Notes under the pieces: generated by a model
Seen by the model: only the letters and a program-made list of their open reading frames with translations
Databases searched by the model: none
What the model was told of the DNA's origin: nothing
Shown: in pieces, positions 42,701 through 57,986 of the stretch
Layout of the letters: each line of letters begins with the position of its first letter
Position numbering within the stretch: the stretch's first letter is position 1
Made by a program: the position numbers and the translations under genes
Assembly: GCA_964016885.1 (NCBI GenBank)
Contig: OZ024743.1
Coordinates: 6,324,001 to 6,388,000 of the forward strand
Length of the DNA stretch: 64,000 bases
Origin: Eledone cirrhosa
Lineage: Eukaryota
Direction of reading: 5' to 3'

Positions 42701-43632
42701 CTAAGCAGAGTGATTTGAAATTGTGTTCCCAAGTTAACTAAATCGGTCATTGCTATCACACACACTGACCTTTTGACCTTATAGATATTTATCTTCTTTG
42801 TTCTGGGCCTCATATCGCCAAATTGTCTCGGGGAATGGTTTTCGAGAGGCCATATGCTTATAACGACACCCTCATAAATAGTCTACCCGCTGCTGTCCAA
42901 AGCAGTTCGCTCAAGTTCACAAAAAAAACAACAACAGAACGATGTAGTTGCCAACAGATTTAGTCCGACCCAAAAGGTCTCAACCTTTAAGCCAGCGAGC
43001 TAAGACAGTCATTCTATGAACAAAAGTTAGTTATATAAAATTTTTAGACTGCTACACTACTACAAATCCACACCAAGCCACCACACAAGCACTCTCACAA
43101 TTTAACTGAATATTTGTTGTTTTTCCCATATTATCACAATAAACAAGTTATTCATTAATACAATTACACTGCATGGCACCAATTCTTTAGCAATACTTTA
43201 GATTATATTAGTTAATTTTAAGCTGCCTTTTGTGAATATAAAATCTGTTTTACTCTATCGTGTTTACATTTTGATCTACAAGATATCCCACATATACTAC
43301 ATTTACAAAAAAGTGTCTAATCTGTGGACATTGCATGTAATTTATTAATATACTAATCTATAAGTAATCGCTGTTAAAATAACTGTTTCTACTTTTTGCA
43401 CAAGGCCAGCAATTAACCAGTACATTACTGGTACTTTATTTTATCGACCCCCGTAAGGATGAAAGGCAAAGTTAACCTCGGCGGGATTTGAACTCAGACT
43501 GTAAAGAGGCGTAACTATGCTAGAAAGCATGGGGTCTGGCCCCCTACAATACAAACTTAGAAAAAGCACAATTCATCATGTGTGTTGATCAGTTCAACAA
43601 ATTTTTTCTCTCGTTTCTTCTACGCTGCTATT

Positions 43633-44110
43633 TTAGTTCCTTGGGCTAAAATTCTCGGAGTATTGTTCCAGCCAGGTAAGCATCATTCTTAGAAGGTCCC
43701 AACTTTTGAGAAAATAATCTACTAGTTCTTGACTTATTTTAGGGCATGAAGAAGAAATTTCAATATCCTTGTCATCCATTTCGTCTTCCCATACAGTTTC
43801 GTCATCGGAATCATCATCAGACATTGAATGGTTGATTGTTTGGCACAGGAGTAACTTCATCTACATATGACCGTGGTCTTATGGCAGGTGGCAAATTAAG
43901 ATACTTGATATACTTTGTAGTTTTCTTATTGAACCCCTCAACAGTAGTAACGCAAAAGTAGCAATCAGTAGAATGGTTGCTTCGGATAGCCACTAGGCCA
44001 CGAGGAAAGCCGATCACCGAAGGCAACCTTTGTATACAATATATGGAGCAAAATATTTATCTTGGTCTCCAAGTTTCATTTTGAAGTAATCCTTGTATCT
44101 TGGTTTCTTT
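43633..44110 (-). pseudogene. Chapaev3-like (CMC) transposase N-terminal relic
   Basis: KLGDQDKYFAP, SNHSTDCYFC, IKYLNLPPAIRP, LKSWDLL motifs across frames; family assignment from recall. Confidence 0.6.
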
Positions 44111-44639
44111 TTACTCCCAAAAGTTGCTAAAATAGTGATTATCAATCGGGAGACACTTGGCACCCAGTAAAGAATTTCAAATTCCCTAATGGTGGGAATT
44201 TTAGACAAGAGAATAACTTTTTTCTTTTTGTTTTTTGTTCACCTTGTAAAGTATTTATTCGACATATTTCATTTGGATTATATGATGTATGTAATAAAAA
44301 AAAAGAAAACAATTAATAGCAAAGATAAGGGAAGGGAGGAAGAGAGTAGTGGACTCTACATACAAGTCAGCTGCGCCACATGCACAAAATGGCACAAACA
44401 TAGCCGCGGAGAACAACCAGAGATACCCGCTACATCAGCCATTCCACCTCATGAGACTGCTTCTTTGTGTGGGATGCAATCCCCCTAAGGAAAACGGCAG
44501 GTCCGGGATCGTATAGCATTATATTCACAGACGGTAGTAAAGTATTAGAGTTAACGGAAATATAAAAGTCACTTTTTGAATGCATTAAATCATCCAGGAT
44601 TTTTAAATATGAATTTCAGTTCGATAAATTTTCTTCCTC

Positions 44640-44957
44640 GTCCACTTATTCCCGAGAGGGTCTTGGTGGCAGAGTCCTCAAACAATCCTTCCACCAGGTC
44701 TTGTCAGAAGCAACTGTCTTCAACTGATCTGGCTGGATCCCCAAGCGAGACCAGCTAAGCTCATGGATGTTATCCAACCATCTTGCTCTGGGTCTACCTC
44801 TGGGTCTCCTACCGGTTGGTTTTGCTCGTACAGTCTGTCCAGCGATTCTTTCCTGAGACATTCTAACCAGGTGCCCATAGTATCGGAGCTGTGGTCTCTT
44901 AATTCGGAGAAGTAGCGGCTCTATTCGGAGCGACTCTCTGATCTCTGAGCTATGCAT
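44640..44957 (-). pseudogene. RTE LINE C-terminal fragment
   Basis: SSEIRESLRIEPLLLRI..QLRYYGHLVRM...GRRPRGRPRARW. Confidence 0.85.
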
Positions 44958-45271
44958 TTTATTTCGCCGAGGTCAATTTTGACTTTCATTTTTCTGGGGT
45001 CAATAAAATAAAGTACCTGTTAAGTATTGAGATCGATATAATTGACTTTCCCCTTTCCCCCAAATTGCTGACTTTGTTCTAAGTTAGGAAGAATTAAAAA
45101 TGTGTGTGTGTGGTTATTTGTCTGCATAGCAAGGGCGTTAATTTTTTCTCCTCGTTGAACATTAATGTTTCCTTTTAGTGTCGGCGTCTCTCTCACCCTC
45201 TTTAACTGAGATCTTGCTCAATATAACTCCTCTCTCAATGCATATTTTAATCCGTTCTCAACGCATATTTT

Positions 45272-45345
<74 letters not shown>

Positions 45346-46166
45346 CTCGCTCTTTCCATGGTGACAAACGGAACAACCAAAAGACCAACTTTGAGGGCGG
45401 TGGATTGACAGTATCGGTAGAACGTCGGAAACATGCTTTATGGTATATAATTACGGCCTTTTACGATTTGAGTTCAAATCCTGCCGAGATTAACTTTGCT
45501 TTTCATCCTTACAGGGTCGATAAAATAAACCACCTGGAGCATTGGAGTCGATTTGATCGATTTTCCCTTCTCCAAAATTGTTGGCATTGTGCCTAAATCA
45601 GAAACCAATATATAATGGGTATTATAATCGAAATGTCTTTGTTAAAGATCCAAGTATATACAATGTAGGATTAAATTAAAATGTCTTCAGCTGATATAAG
45701 GGATGACATTCGGCGAAAGGAAATGTTCATCCTTGATAGTTGAAAATGGGGAAAGGGCTTTCCAAAATTAAAATATTGACATTAATAGTTTTTCTATTTC
45801 CTCTGTTCCTCACACTGAAATAGTAAAATATGTTATGCGTGTGATCTGCAACTGTTCCAAAATGTCATCAAGGAACTACCTTCCTTTACGACACGACCAT
45901 GTTACTAAAGCAATATGCAATGCATCTATATTAATACAGTGCAATATAAGGAATATCGGTGAAATTTTCCCACGAAAACTTTCCCTAAATGCAAACACAA
46001 CAAACATGTTTGAGACAGAAATAAAATAAAATAAAACACGAAATGTCGAGAAGGTCAGTTGTAAGTTAAGTTGGCAAATAAAATGTCAAAAACAAATAAA
46101 TACCATTATTACATACATTAATGTTTCAAATGATGTCTATTGATTTTATTATTTTTAAAGGATTCA

Positions 46167-46925
46167 GGGTGGTGGATTGGCAGTATCGAAAGAGCGTCGG
46201 ATAATTTTTTGGCATAGAGTTACGGCCCTTTACGTTCTGAGTTCAAATCCTGCCGAGGTAAGCTTTGCCTTTCATCCTTATGGGGTCGATCAAATAAAGT
46301 ACCAGTCACGCACTAGGGTCGATTTAATCGACTTTCCCTTCCCCCAAAATTACTGGCCTTGTGTCTATATAAGAAACCATTATTTTAAAAGGTTCGGGTA
46401 CCATATTTTACAGTGTTCGTTCCTGTAATCTGCGCCCTGTGTTCAAATCTTGCCATGGCCAACTTTGCCTTTCATTCTTCAGAGGTCGATAAAATAAAGT
46501 ACTAGTCAAGTACGGGATCGATTTAATCGACTTTCTCCCCACCCCAAATTGCTGACCTTCTATCTAAAGTAGAAACCATTATTTTAAAAGGGTGGTTCAA
46601 ATCCCGCCAAGGTTAACTTTGCCTTTCATCCTTACGGGGGTCGATAAAATAAAGTACCAGTAATGCACTGGGTAATTGCTGGTCTTGTGCCTAACGTAGA
46701 AACAATTATTTTAAAAGGGTGGTGGATTGGAAGAATTGGTAAAGCGTCGAATAAAATGCAACTGCAGTATTTGTTCTGACTATATCCTGAGTTCAAATCT
46801 CGCCGAGGTTAACTTTGCCTTTCGTCCTTCCGAGGTCGATAAAATAAAGTACCAATAAGATCAAAATAAACACCTTCTCTTCCACTCCCATATTGATGGC
46901 CTTGTGCCTAAATTAGAAGCCATTT
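46167..46925 (+). mobile_element. Head-to-tail cluster of four SINE copies
   Basis: gttcaaatc...ctttgcctttc...ggtcgataaaataaagtac recurs at ~46240, 46441, 46595 and 46790; units end agaaac(c/a)attattttaaaagg. Confidence 0.8.
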
Positions 46926-46937
46926 TTAATCACAAGA

Positions 46938-47888
46938 TTACTGAACAAAAAGCCTTAGTGTTTAGTTATATTGTAAATTCATAGCCTAATATTGTGGACG
47001 GCCTTGCTTTGCATCTCTCTAATGTCGATAAAATAAGAGCTTGTCCAGTAATGGGATCAATTAAATCGAAAATTCCATAAAGTTTTTCCCTGCGTCAACG
47101 CTAGCAATTATCAATAGACTTCGTGATAATCGCTCATTATTTGTTTCCTAACATCTCTCTCTATATAAAATTCTTTGTCACTCTGACTGTCTTTTCCTTA
47201 TGCATTCTCAAGCGGCTCGACCAAATCAAATCAATTTTTACAATGTAACTTACTAAGGCTTAACGTATATAACGAACGCGCAAACACAGACACACTCACA
47301 GACACATACACACTCATATACAAATGTGTATATGAGTGTGATGTGTCTGTGCGTGTGTCTGTGTTTGCGCGTTGGTTATATACGTTAAGCCTTAGTAAGT
47401 TACATACACACAAAATGTCCGTTTATTATAGTTGACTATAGTAGATTATTTTTAGATAAAATGTTATATTGTTTTAATCCAAATGAAAATAAAAATTACA
47501 TGTTGTTAATCCCGGCACTAAAACTATTACCTTGTAAAAATTGATTTGATTTGGTCGAGCCGCTTGAGAATGCATAAGGAAAAGACAGAGTGACAAAGAA
47601 TGTTATATAGAGAGAGATGTTAAGAAACAAATAATTGTTTCTACTTTTGGCACAAGGCCAGCAATTACCCAGTACATTACTGGTACTTTGTTAAGAAACA
47701 AATAATGAGCGATTATCACGAAGTCTATTGATAATTGCTAGCGTTGACGCAGGGAAAAACTTTATGGAATTTTCGATTTAATTGATCCCATTACTGGACA
47801 AGTTCTTATTTTATCGACATTAGAGAGATGCAAAGCAAGGTCGTCCATAATATTAGGCTACTAAACACTAACGCTTTTTGTTCAGTAA
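46938..47888. repeat. Nested inverted repeats: outer 46938-47243 / 47532-47888, inner palindrome 47243-47405; SINE fragment 47636-47688 in right arm
   Basis: Reverse-complement matches; TSD tgttaagaaacaaataat at 47618-47635 and 47689-47706. Confidence 0.85.
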
Positions 47889-48339
47889 ATATCTTCACGT
47901 AAATATTTAATCAGATACACAGAGAATGAAACACACACACACACACACACACATCTACACATATGATGACTGACAAGTATATGTGTGCGAGTGTACATAC
48001 ATTTCTGTGACGACTAACATAACAAACGCTGGGGGTAAAACTGTGTGTGTTTGTATGAATGTATGTCTGTGTGTTTTTTTATAAGTTTGTGTGAATGTAT
48101 CTGTGTCTGTTCGTGGGTGAAACTCTGTGGGTGTTTGTATGAATGTATGTCTGTGTGTGCGTTTTTTTATAAGTGTATTTTTGTGTTAATGTATGTGTGC
48201 TGGTTCGTTTATATTTATATTCTCATACCGTGAAATTAACAGTTAATATATTTGCTTATAGTAAGTTAATTTACATTGCATACAAAAGTAGAGATTAATA
48301 TATATATTTCTTTTGGATGTTGATACTTATTTGTTTACA

Positions 48340-48590
48340 ATATTGAAAAAAAATGTCTTTATTCTAAAAATTCCTCTCATGCCTATATATGTTCCATTTG
48401 AATTTAAGAGGCTTCAGTTTCCAGTCAAACTAAGTTTTATTATTTCAATTAACAAATCTCAGGGTCAATCCCTCAAGGTAGTTGGACTTGATCTCTCTAC
48501 TACATTCTCCCATGGTCAACTCTGTTGGTTGCTCACGAGTTGGAAGCACCAACAATTTATTCATTTGGACACCAACAAAAAGTTACACAA
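48340..48590 (+). pseudogene. Helitron-type Pif1 helicase C-terminal relic
   Basis: IPLMP...[34 protein letters not shown]...FSHGQL. Confidence 0.8.
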
Positions 48591-48907
48591 ATGTAGAAAC
48601 AATTATTTTACGTTTTCACAATTTAATTTAAAAACTGCAGCTAAACCTACACTTAATTTATCTTAGTGTTCTATAACACTGTTATTTTTATTCATGTTTT
48701 AACACAATTGGTGGACAATAAGGTCATTGGTTATTGGTTTCCAGTGGACTAATAATTGGTTCACAGCTTTTACGAGGATGAGAGTGATGTGGTAGAGTAT
48801 GTGTTATTCGAGTGAAATAAATACCACAGGTGGTTTTAGTTAAAAAAGCATCGGTTTGCAGATTTTCAGTCCGAAGTTGCCACCATTCGCCGATATCTGT
48901 CAACGAA

Positions 48908-48945
<38 letters not shown>

Positions 48946-48949
<4 letters not shown>

Positions 48950-49074
48950 ATAATAATATATAGTAATAATAATGAATTTGAAGACTAAAATCCAAAGAGG
49001 GCTCGATAAGTTTCAGAAGATCCCGTTAAGGGTGAAAGCAGCGATTCTTTGCTTAAACTTTAATCTGTTATTTT

Positions 49075-49080
<6 letters not shown>
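48946..49080. mobile_element. Ultra-short PLE insertion, same family as 2944-3172
   Basis: Inverted tail fragment (aatttgaagactaaaatccaaagagggctcgataag) fused to forward HHR-like arm; in (TA)n. Confidence 0.75.
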
Positions 49081-49167
<87 letters not shown>

Positions 49168-49187
49168 GTGTGTATATATATATATAA

Positions 49188-49230
<43 letters not shown>

Positions 49231-49311
49231 CGGTATGACCCCGACGGCAGAGCTTAAGCCGTTTCGACGGCTATTTCTGGACTAAATTAGAATTTTTAGC
49301 CTGGTAAAATT

Positions 49312-51791
49312 CAACACACACACATCATATGCCTTTCACCACCACCACAATCTAAACAGACACACAGACAGAGAAAACAGATAATGACAGTAACACAGAG
49401 GTAAGGGACGGTAATGGAATTGAAAGAAGGGAGACTATCGACACTGACAGAGAAAATAACCAGGACGAACACACAGACACACAAAATAGAGTAGATAATA
49501 ACAATGAGCCAGAGGAAAGAAACAGGAGTAATAATGAGAGACAGAAACAACCATGAGGCTGTTGGTGGAAATAGAAATAGAAACAACACAACTAACAATA
49601 GCAATAGAACACACAACGCAGCAGCCTGGAATTCTACTTTTTATAACCCTTCCGATATGTCCTTCGACTTACGACGAGTCCACGCTACGACTTTAGCTTT
49701 TAACAAACGCACGCAATTGCCGTCGCAGGTCGATGAACAAACAGAAGCACAATTTAATATATCTAGATCTAAACTTAGAAATATTATAGAACAGTATAGC
49801 AAGAAGCAAAATAGAATGGAGGCCCAGCAACTGGGAGAAAAATCTGCAAATGGCTTGCGTAAGCTCATGCAGCGCTCACGTAATGGAGAGATTGCATGCT
49901 TTCCAACAGACAAGTCTGGCAGAATGTCGGTTGACAGTCTATCAAACTACATCCAGGCAATGCAACTCACATCACTAACACAAGAGAAGTAACACCAGAA
50001 GAGGATGAGGATAGGGAGAAAACCATCAACGCTCATATGATGATGTGGACAAACATAATGCAGCCCAATAAACGGACTGCCAACAACTTCCAGGCCTGGA
50101 ACAATGATGTGCCAGCGTTGTATGGGCTTCGAATTGACCATAAGACGAACAGTGGCCGAGTCACAGGACCACCAACACGACCAGTCTGTGGAGCTAACAT
50201 TGCTAGTAACTACAGACTTTCCTACTTCCTCTCCCTGATCGTATGCCCCATCATTGAAATGTCCCCGGATATATGTGACAGCACGGAGGACCTCCTCAGC
50301 AGAATCAGCGAAAATAACCGATCTAGGGACTTAACACACTGTATAATAGGTAGTATGGATGTAGTGTCCCTATATCCATCCATTGACGTGGATTTTGCTG
50401 TGGAGAAATGCGTAGAAATCATCAGTGAGAGCAATGTTGAATTCCGTGGGATTGATACCAGTGAGCTGGGACTCCTACTTAAACTTACTTATAGTAATGA
50501 TTATCTAGATACGTATGACCTTAGCAACCTCTGCCCCACAAGGCCAGCAAGAGGCAGACTACATACCATTACCTCAATGGCCAAGAAAACCCACACAGAA
50601 AGATGGAACGGGTGGACCAGAGCCATACGGATCCCCGAAATCCATGATGAACTAAAGAAAATGATTGCACATGCGGTGGGGGCCAGTATAAAATTAACCC
50701 TTAAGGAACATATGTTCAAATTTAATGGAAAAACATATGCCCAAGAGGATGGAGAAGCCATTGGTGTTAGCATTGCAGTCGACATAGCTAACCTATTCAT
50801 GGTATGGTGGGACAATAAACTTAAAGAACAATTAGAAGACAGCAACCTCTTAACCCTGATAATGTACTCTCGCTACGTTGATGATATAAACATCGTAGTT
50901 AAGACACCCCCACTAGAGAACAGTCAGGAACAAGAGAAAAACACAATGGAAAGCATCCAGCAAATAGCAAACTCCATCCACCAGAGCATTAGAGTTACTA
51001 TAGACTACCCAAGCAAACACCCCAACCATCGATTACCTGTACTAGACACAGAGCTCTGGTTAGAAACCATTAATAACAACAAAAAAACAAATCCTCCATT
51101 CCCATTATGCTAAACCCATGACTTCCAAATATCTGATCCACCGAAACTCAGCTGTTTCAGATCACACCAAAATCAACGTACTGATTGCGGATTTGGTACG
51201 GGTGATGAGAAACGTGTCCCGCATGTGCAACCCCAAAGAACTAGAGAGACACATACAACACTTCATCCACCGTATGCAGTTCTCTGGTTACAATCAGAGA
51301 GATAAAATCAGAGTATATAGAGGAGCCAGAACCAAATGGGAAAAAAATGGTAAATAATGATACAAATGGGACCTGCCCCTTGTATAGGAGCAAATTTTGG
51401 AATAGAATAGAAAGAACTAGGAATAAGGTTAATAGAATAAACTCATGGTATGATAGCAATAAATACCAGAGTGTAATGTTCATCAATACAACCCCTAGAG
51501 GTGAACTAGCTTACAAATTTAGAAGGGCCCTAGATAAACTTAAACTAAATATTAAGATAGTAGAAAGACCAGGTACCTCCATAAAAACACTTATTAGTAA
51601 TACATACCCTTTTCAAAGACCTCCCTGTATAGATAAGAAATGCATAATCTGTAAACTAAGCCCCCATATTAACTGCAAAACTAGAAACATAGTAAATAGC
51701 ATAAGAGGAACTGAAGGACAATGTAAAGATAAGAATATAGTGTACATAGGTGAGACAGCTCGTAGTATAGGAGAACAATTAAATGAACACT
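49312..51791 (+). mobile_element. PLE ORF remnant (RT + start of EN), 3'-truncated; family of 28185-29901
   Basis: PTDKSGRMSV, PTRPVC, SMDVVSLYPSID, QEDGEAIG, RYVDD, LPVLD, VYIGETARS over four frames. Confidence 0.9.
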
Positions 51792-52306
51792 GTATATACT
51801 TTCCTTATGCATATTAACGGCTGAGCAGCCTAATTTGCATATCGTACATGTATATATGTGTGCATGTATGTATATATATACATACTACTGTACGTCTGTA
51901 TACATATATGTTTGTACGTATACATACTTATATTTAAGTTAATATGCATAAGGAAAGTATATACTTTCAGACGTTCAATCATCTGGCAGGAAGGTATACG
52001 GTGCTGACGATAGCTAATAAGCTTGGAACTAGTACATCGTTCCTTTGTCAGTGTTGAACAAAAGGGCAACGATGGTTGCTAAACACTGTACGGCTTAATT
52101 CGGGATGTTTGTTTACAAACACACCGAGCATTATAATAAATGTTCGGTGAATCCATACGTACATGTATATATGTGTGCATGTATGTATATATATATACAT
52201 ACTACTGTACGTCTGTATACATATATGTATGTACGTATACATACTTATATTTAAGTAACAGCCGTACTAAGAGTGAGAAATGATATTTCGTTTCATTTTT
52301 TCCGTT

Positions 52307-52424
<118 letters not shown>

Positions 52425-52906
52425 CATATCTATATATATACATATGTATCGTGTGTGTTTGTGTGTCTCTGTGTTTATATCCCCTGGCTTAGCAGTTCGA
52501 TAAAAAGAGATCGATAAAATAAGTCCTAGATTAAAAAAATAAAGTACTGGAGTTGATAAGATCGAATTAATCCCTTTAAGATGGTGCCCCAGCATGGCCG
52601 CAGTCAAATGACTAAAACCAGTAAAAGAATATATATAAGCAAAGGGATATTTAATTTGTTGGTAATTCAACAAGTATATTTATAACAGATTCGAAGCACT
52701 CGACAAGATTTCTGGAGTATAATATCAAGGTGAAACTTGAACCGTTAAGATCTCATTCCTTGATATGTCAATATTTATAAAACAAACGTTGTATTTTATC
52801 TGATAAGAGCGTACCCTTGAAATATATATAATAGAATAAATATGGTTTTATAAATATAGTTATATATGGTTTTATAAATATAGTTTCCATTTATTAATAT
52901 CATTGT

Positions 52907-52964
<58 letters not shown>

Positions 52965-53076
52965 TGGTTACACAACAGTTAGTTCATCATACCGAGAACA
53001 ATTGTTTCACCTTCGCGGATATCCGCGAAGGTGAAACAATTGTTCTGGGTATGGTGAACTAACTGTTGTGTAACCA
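52965..53076. repeat. 112-bp palindrome (centre 53020/1); its right arm and tail continue at 55168-55243
   Basis: tggttacacaacagttagttca...cttcgcggat|atccgcgaag...tgaactaactgttgtgtaacca; contains GAAA-CAATTG-TT, resembling an HHR 3' half. Confidence 0.8.
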
Positions 53077-55167
53077 TATAACAAAATACTGGGTTGTATA
53101 AGTATAACAAGAGACGTGGTTTGTGTGTATAATATTTAATTAACAATTTGTGGATATATAGAACAGTATAGTTGACCTGTCAATGAATAGATGAGAGAAT
53201 GAAGCAAAATTATTAGTTACCGTTTGGTTGCCAGGCGAACGCGCCTGGCCGAAGGCCAGGAGCCGAAAGGGCAAATGAGAGAGAGGGAGCTGAAAGTTAT
53301 TCCCTTTATAGGGTTCTGCCGGAAGTAACAAAAAGGGTTCTATCACCCCAACGGGAAGCAACTCCAGCTACTTCCTGTCTAGAGAGCGTTACTCTATTGG
53401 TGATGTTTTCGTCACAACAAGGGAGGCAACTCTTGCTACATTATCCCCCGCCAGATTTTTAAAACATGAAAATCGAATGAAACATGTATGGAGTAAGATG
53501 GCGATAATGTTGTAACAGGCATGAAAATTACGAAAAAAAATAATGTTTGCAATAATAGGAAAACAGCAAAATATATGCATGCAAAAATCAATGGTAGATA
53601 TCAAGGTAGCCAACCGCTCTTGGCCAGAGAACGACTGGACATCTATCTATCCATCACCCAAAGATACAATGTAATCAAAGTAAGAGAAGAGCTCAAAGTT
53701 CAAATGTTCAAAATACAGTTCACAGGTGTGCAATCACATGACAGCAGGAAAGAAAGTGTGTTCCAGAGAATGAATGCAGGTGGTTTCTGTTCTGTGGTAT
53801 AACGTGAAATTTCCAACCTCCGAATGGATTTTCTCACAGAAAGAGTGCTGCAAAAATAAATTCTCTGGCTTGTTCTGCTGGTTTTGGTTGTTGATGAAGC
53901 TGTGTTGCTGTTGATGTTGTTGTCTCGCGGAGTGAGCGTATTCGATGTTTAAATTCACAGTAAAAAATTTTTCCAGAAAAAATAAGTTGCGCAAAGTGCT
54001 AGAAATAACAGCCGAAGTTGATGGTCGTTGTTGAGAATGCGTTGACCTGGAAGGGTCAAGAGGCCAACGACCAAAGAAATAAGCATTCTGAATAAATGCG
54101 CAGTTTTCAACGGCAAATTTACGTGGTAAATTTTTAAACCGGCAAATAGGAGAATATAGCTTAAGGCTGGAGAATCCTTGGCGAGAAACGTTATCTCTGG
54201 CGTGTGGTTATCTCCGTGAGTCGAGAATTCTGCTGCCTACACGTGCCAAAACAAGGTTAAGTTGAAAAAAAATAATTTCTATTGCGCGAGAAAATGGCGC
54301 GAAAATGATAGTGCAACAGGTCGTTGGCAGCCATTTTGAAAAATGTGTATGTGAAAGTGACAATGATGAAAAAGAAAGAAAGGCTTCACTTAGTATAACA
54401 AATATGGCGAGTTCAATTTTTTTTTGTGAACGATGAAAAAAACTTGAACGATGAAGAAAACGATGAAAAAAGGCAATAGTTGAGATTCATCGAAAATAAA
54501 TGTTCATGTTGGAATGTGTAAAAAAAAAATCAAATTTCTTTTTTTTTTTTTTTTAAAGTGTTCGTTGTAAGAAGAAACGAAAAACTTATATATATATATA
54601 CAGTGAAATGCGACAGTTAGTGGATGCGCGAGAGAAAAAGAGTCTGTCTGAACGAGAATTTCACCTGTGCGTGTGTTCGTTTCTGTGTCTGCGTATTTTC
54701 CTAGTTTGTTAATAAAATTTGCTGCGTATTCGTAATGTTACTCACACAACACCAGATTCTGCTATTTTTTTTTTTTTCGGGGTCACCACTTATAACAAAA
54801 TACTGGTGTGTATAAGTATAACAAGAGACGTGGTTTGTGTGTATAATATTTAATTAACAATTTGTGGATATATAGAACAGTATAGTTGACATGTCAATGA
54901 ATAGATGAAAGAATGAAGCAAAGTTATTAGTTACCGTTTGGTTGCCAGGCGAACGCGCCTGGGCGAAGACGCCTGGCCGAAGGCCAGGAGCCGAAAGGGC
55001 AAATGAGAGAGAGGGAGCTGAAAGTTATTCCCTTTATAGGGTTCTGCCGGAAGTGACAAAAAGATTTCTATCACCCCAACGGGAAGCAACTCCAGCTACT
55101 ACCTGTCTAGAGAGCGTTACTCTATTGGTGATGTTTTCGTCATAACAAGGGAGCAACTCTTGCTACA
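53077..55167 (-). mobile_element. Non-autonomous LTR element (2.1 kb): LTRs 53077-53440 and 54791-55167, Trp PBS 54777-54788, PPT ~53441-53454, TSD ACCA
   Basis: Direct repeats starting TGTAGC on minus strand; PBS TGGTGACCCCGA; GGCGGGGGATAA before the 3' LTR; ACCA at 53073-76 and 55168-71; no recognisable long ORF. Confidence 0.9.
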
Positions 55168-55249
55168 ACCACTTCTACCTAACTCGTCCCTTGGACTGAG
55201 TGCTCTACCACTATGGATATTACCTTCCAGTGTACCACCACTGTATATA

Positions 55250-56620
<1,371 letters not shown>

Positions 56621-57796
56621 ATAAATATCATTTAAAAGGCATTGATCAATATATGATTATGGTAGAAGACACTTTCCGAAAGTGCCACGCAGTGGGATCG
56701 ATCCCGGAACCACATGGTTATACACCCATGCTTGCACCATTGCTTGACACTTATCTCATTCCTTCAAACTATGAATGGTACATTTGACCTCGTCGGGATT
56801 TGAAGTGATAATGTAAAACGTAATTAAACATCGCAAGGCATCTACCACACCAAGCTATGTTGTATCCATATTGCTACCTCGACTATTGAAGCTAATTATA
56901 CTTACTAAAGAAAAGGCGTATGGCTTAGTGGCTAGTGGTTAGGAGCTCAGAGTATGTCTGTGAGGAGTCTGAGATGTCACTGTAGTAGGCCCCTCGACTC
57001 CACAGGCCTCCATGGGTTTGTCTTGCCGCTTGAATGCTGGTCACTTCGCCCGCCACTCCGAGCTAAACTTGATCATTAAGTGGGCCCTCCTCGGATAAAT
57101 ATCCCCTTAGTTCTGGAGCCGGCTGGATTATCAAAAATTGATGGGAAGAGACCAGATGGTGTCACCCTTTGTCCTTGAATAAGATGCAGATGTTTTATCT
57201 GGGACTCCACATTCAGTGACTCTTTTGCTCCCTCCCACATTCTGGATACCGCAGTATATGAGAGAGTCACTGCTTCTGTAACCGAACGGAATAAAATCCT
57301 AAATACTGGGAATTATCAACTATTTTTCCAGCCTGTGGCTTTCGAGACGTGAAGCTGTGTCGATGACAGTGAAGTTCTTGTCATCGTTAGCGGCTCGCCT
57401 TGCCGAGGTGTCAGGTGATGCCCGTGAGGGTTCTTGGTTGTTTTAGCGCCTTAGCTTCGCCATCACAAGTGGTAATGCTGTGAGCATGTTGGTTTGCCCA
57501 AAAAATTTTCGATGGCCCTTGTGGTGCGTGACCAATTGACGCACTTTTTTTAAAACTTTATTTTCGCTTTGATTATATATTTTTAGAGTTACGGCCCTTT
57601 CCATTCTGAGTTCAAATTCCGCCACGGTTAACTTTGCCTTTCGTCCTTACGGGGTCGATAAAATAAAGTACCAGTAATGCACTGGGTAATTGCTGACCTT
57701 GTGCCAAAAGTAGAAACACTTATATTTATAATGTTCCTAGCAATAATTAATTGATTATATGTATGTACTTCTATTTAATCTTATATATTTATTTAG

Positions 57797-57986
57797 ACCT
57801 GCCAACTCTCCCCATCGGATGGAGAGATCTCCCATCAACTTTGGGGTGGGTGAGAGATGTCTTCTCTTGGGAAAATGGGTATAGCTTTCATTATGTAAAA
57901 TCTCCCCATTTTTGCCCCATTTCTGCCCGTTTTGTAGCGCTTTTTTTCATGGTACTCCCCGTTTTGGTTTTTAGAGGTTGGCAAGT
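57797..57986. mobile_element. MITE-like element
   Basis: ACCTGCCAAC ... GTTGGCAAGT terminal inverted repeats. Confidence 0.5.

Noticed and set aside
46167-46925. CRISPR-like repeat array
   Set aside because: Units are SINE copies dispersed across the window; eukaryotic context; no regular spacers or cas genes.
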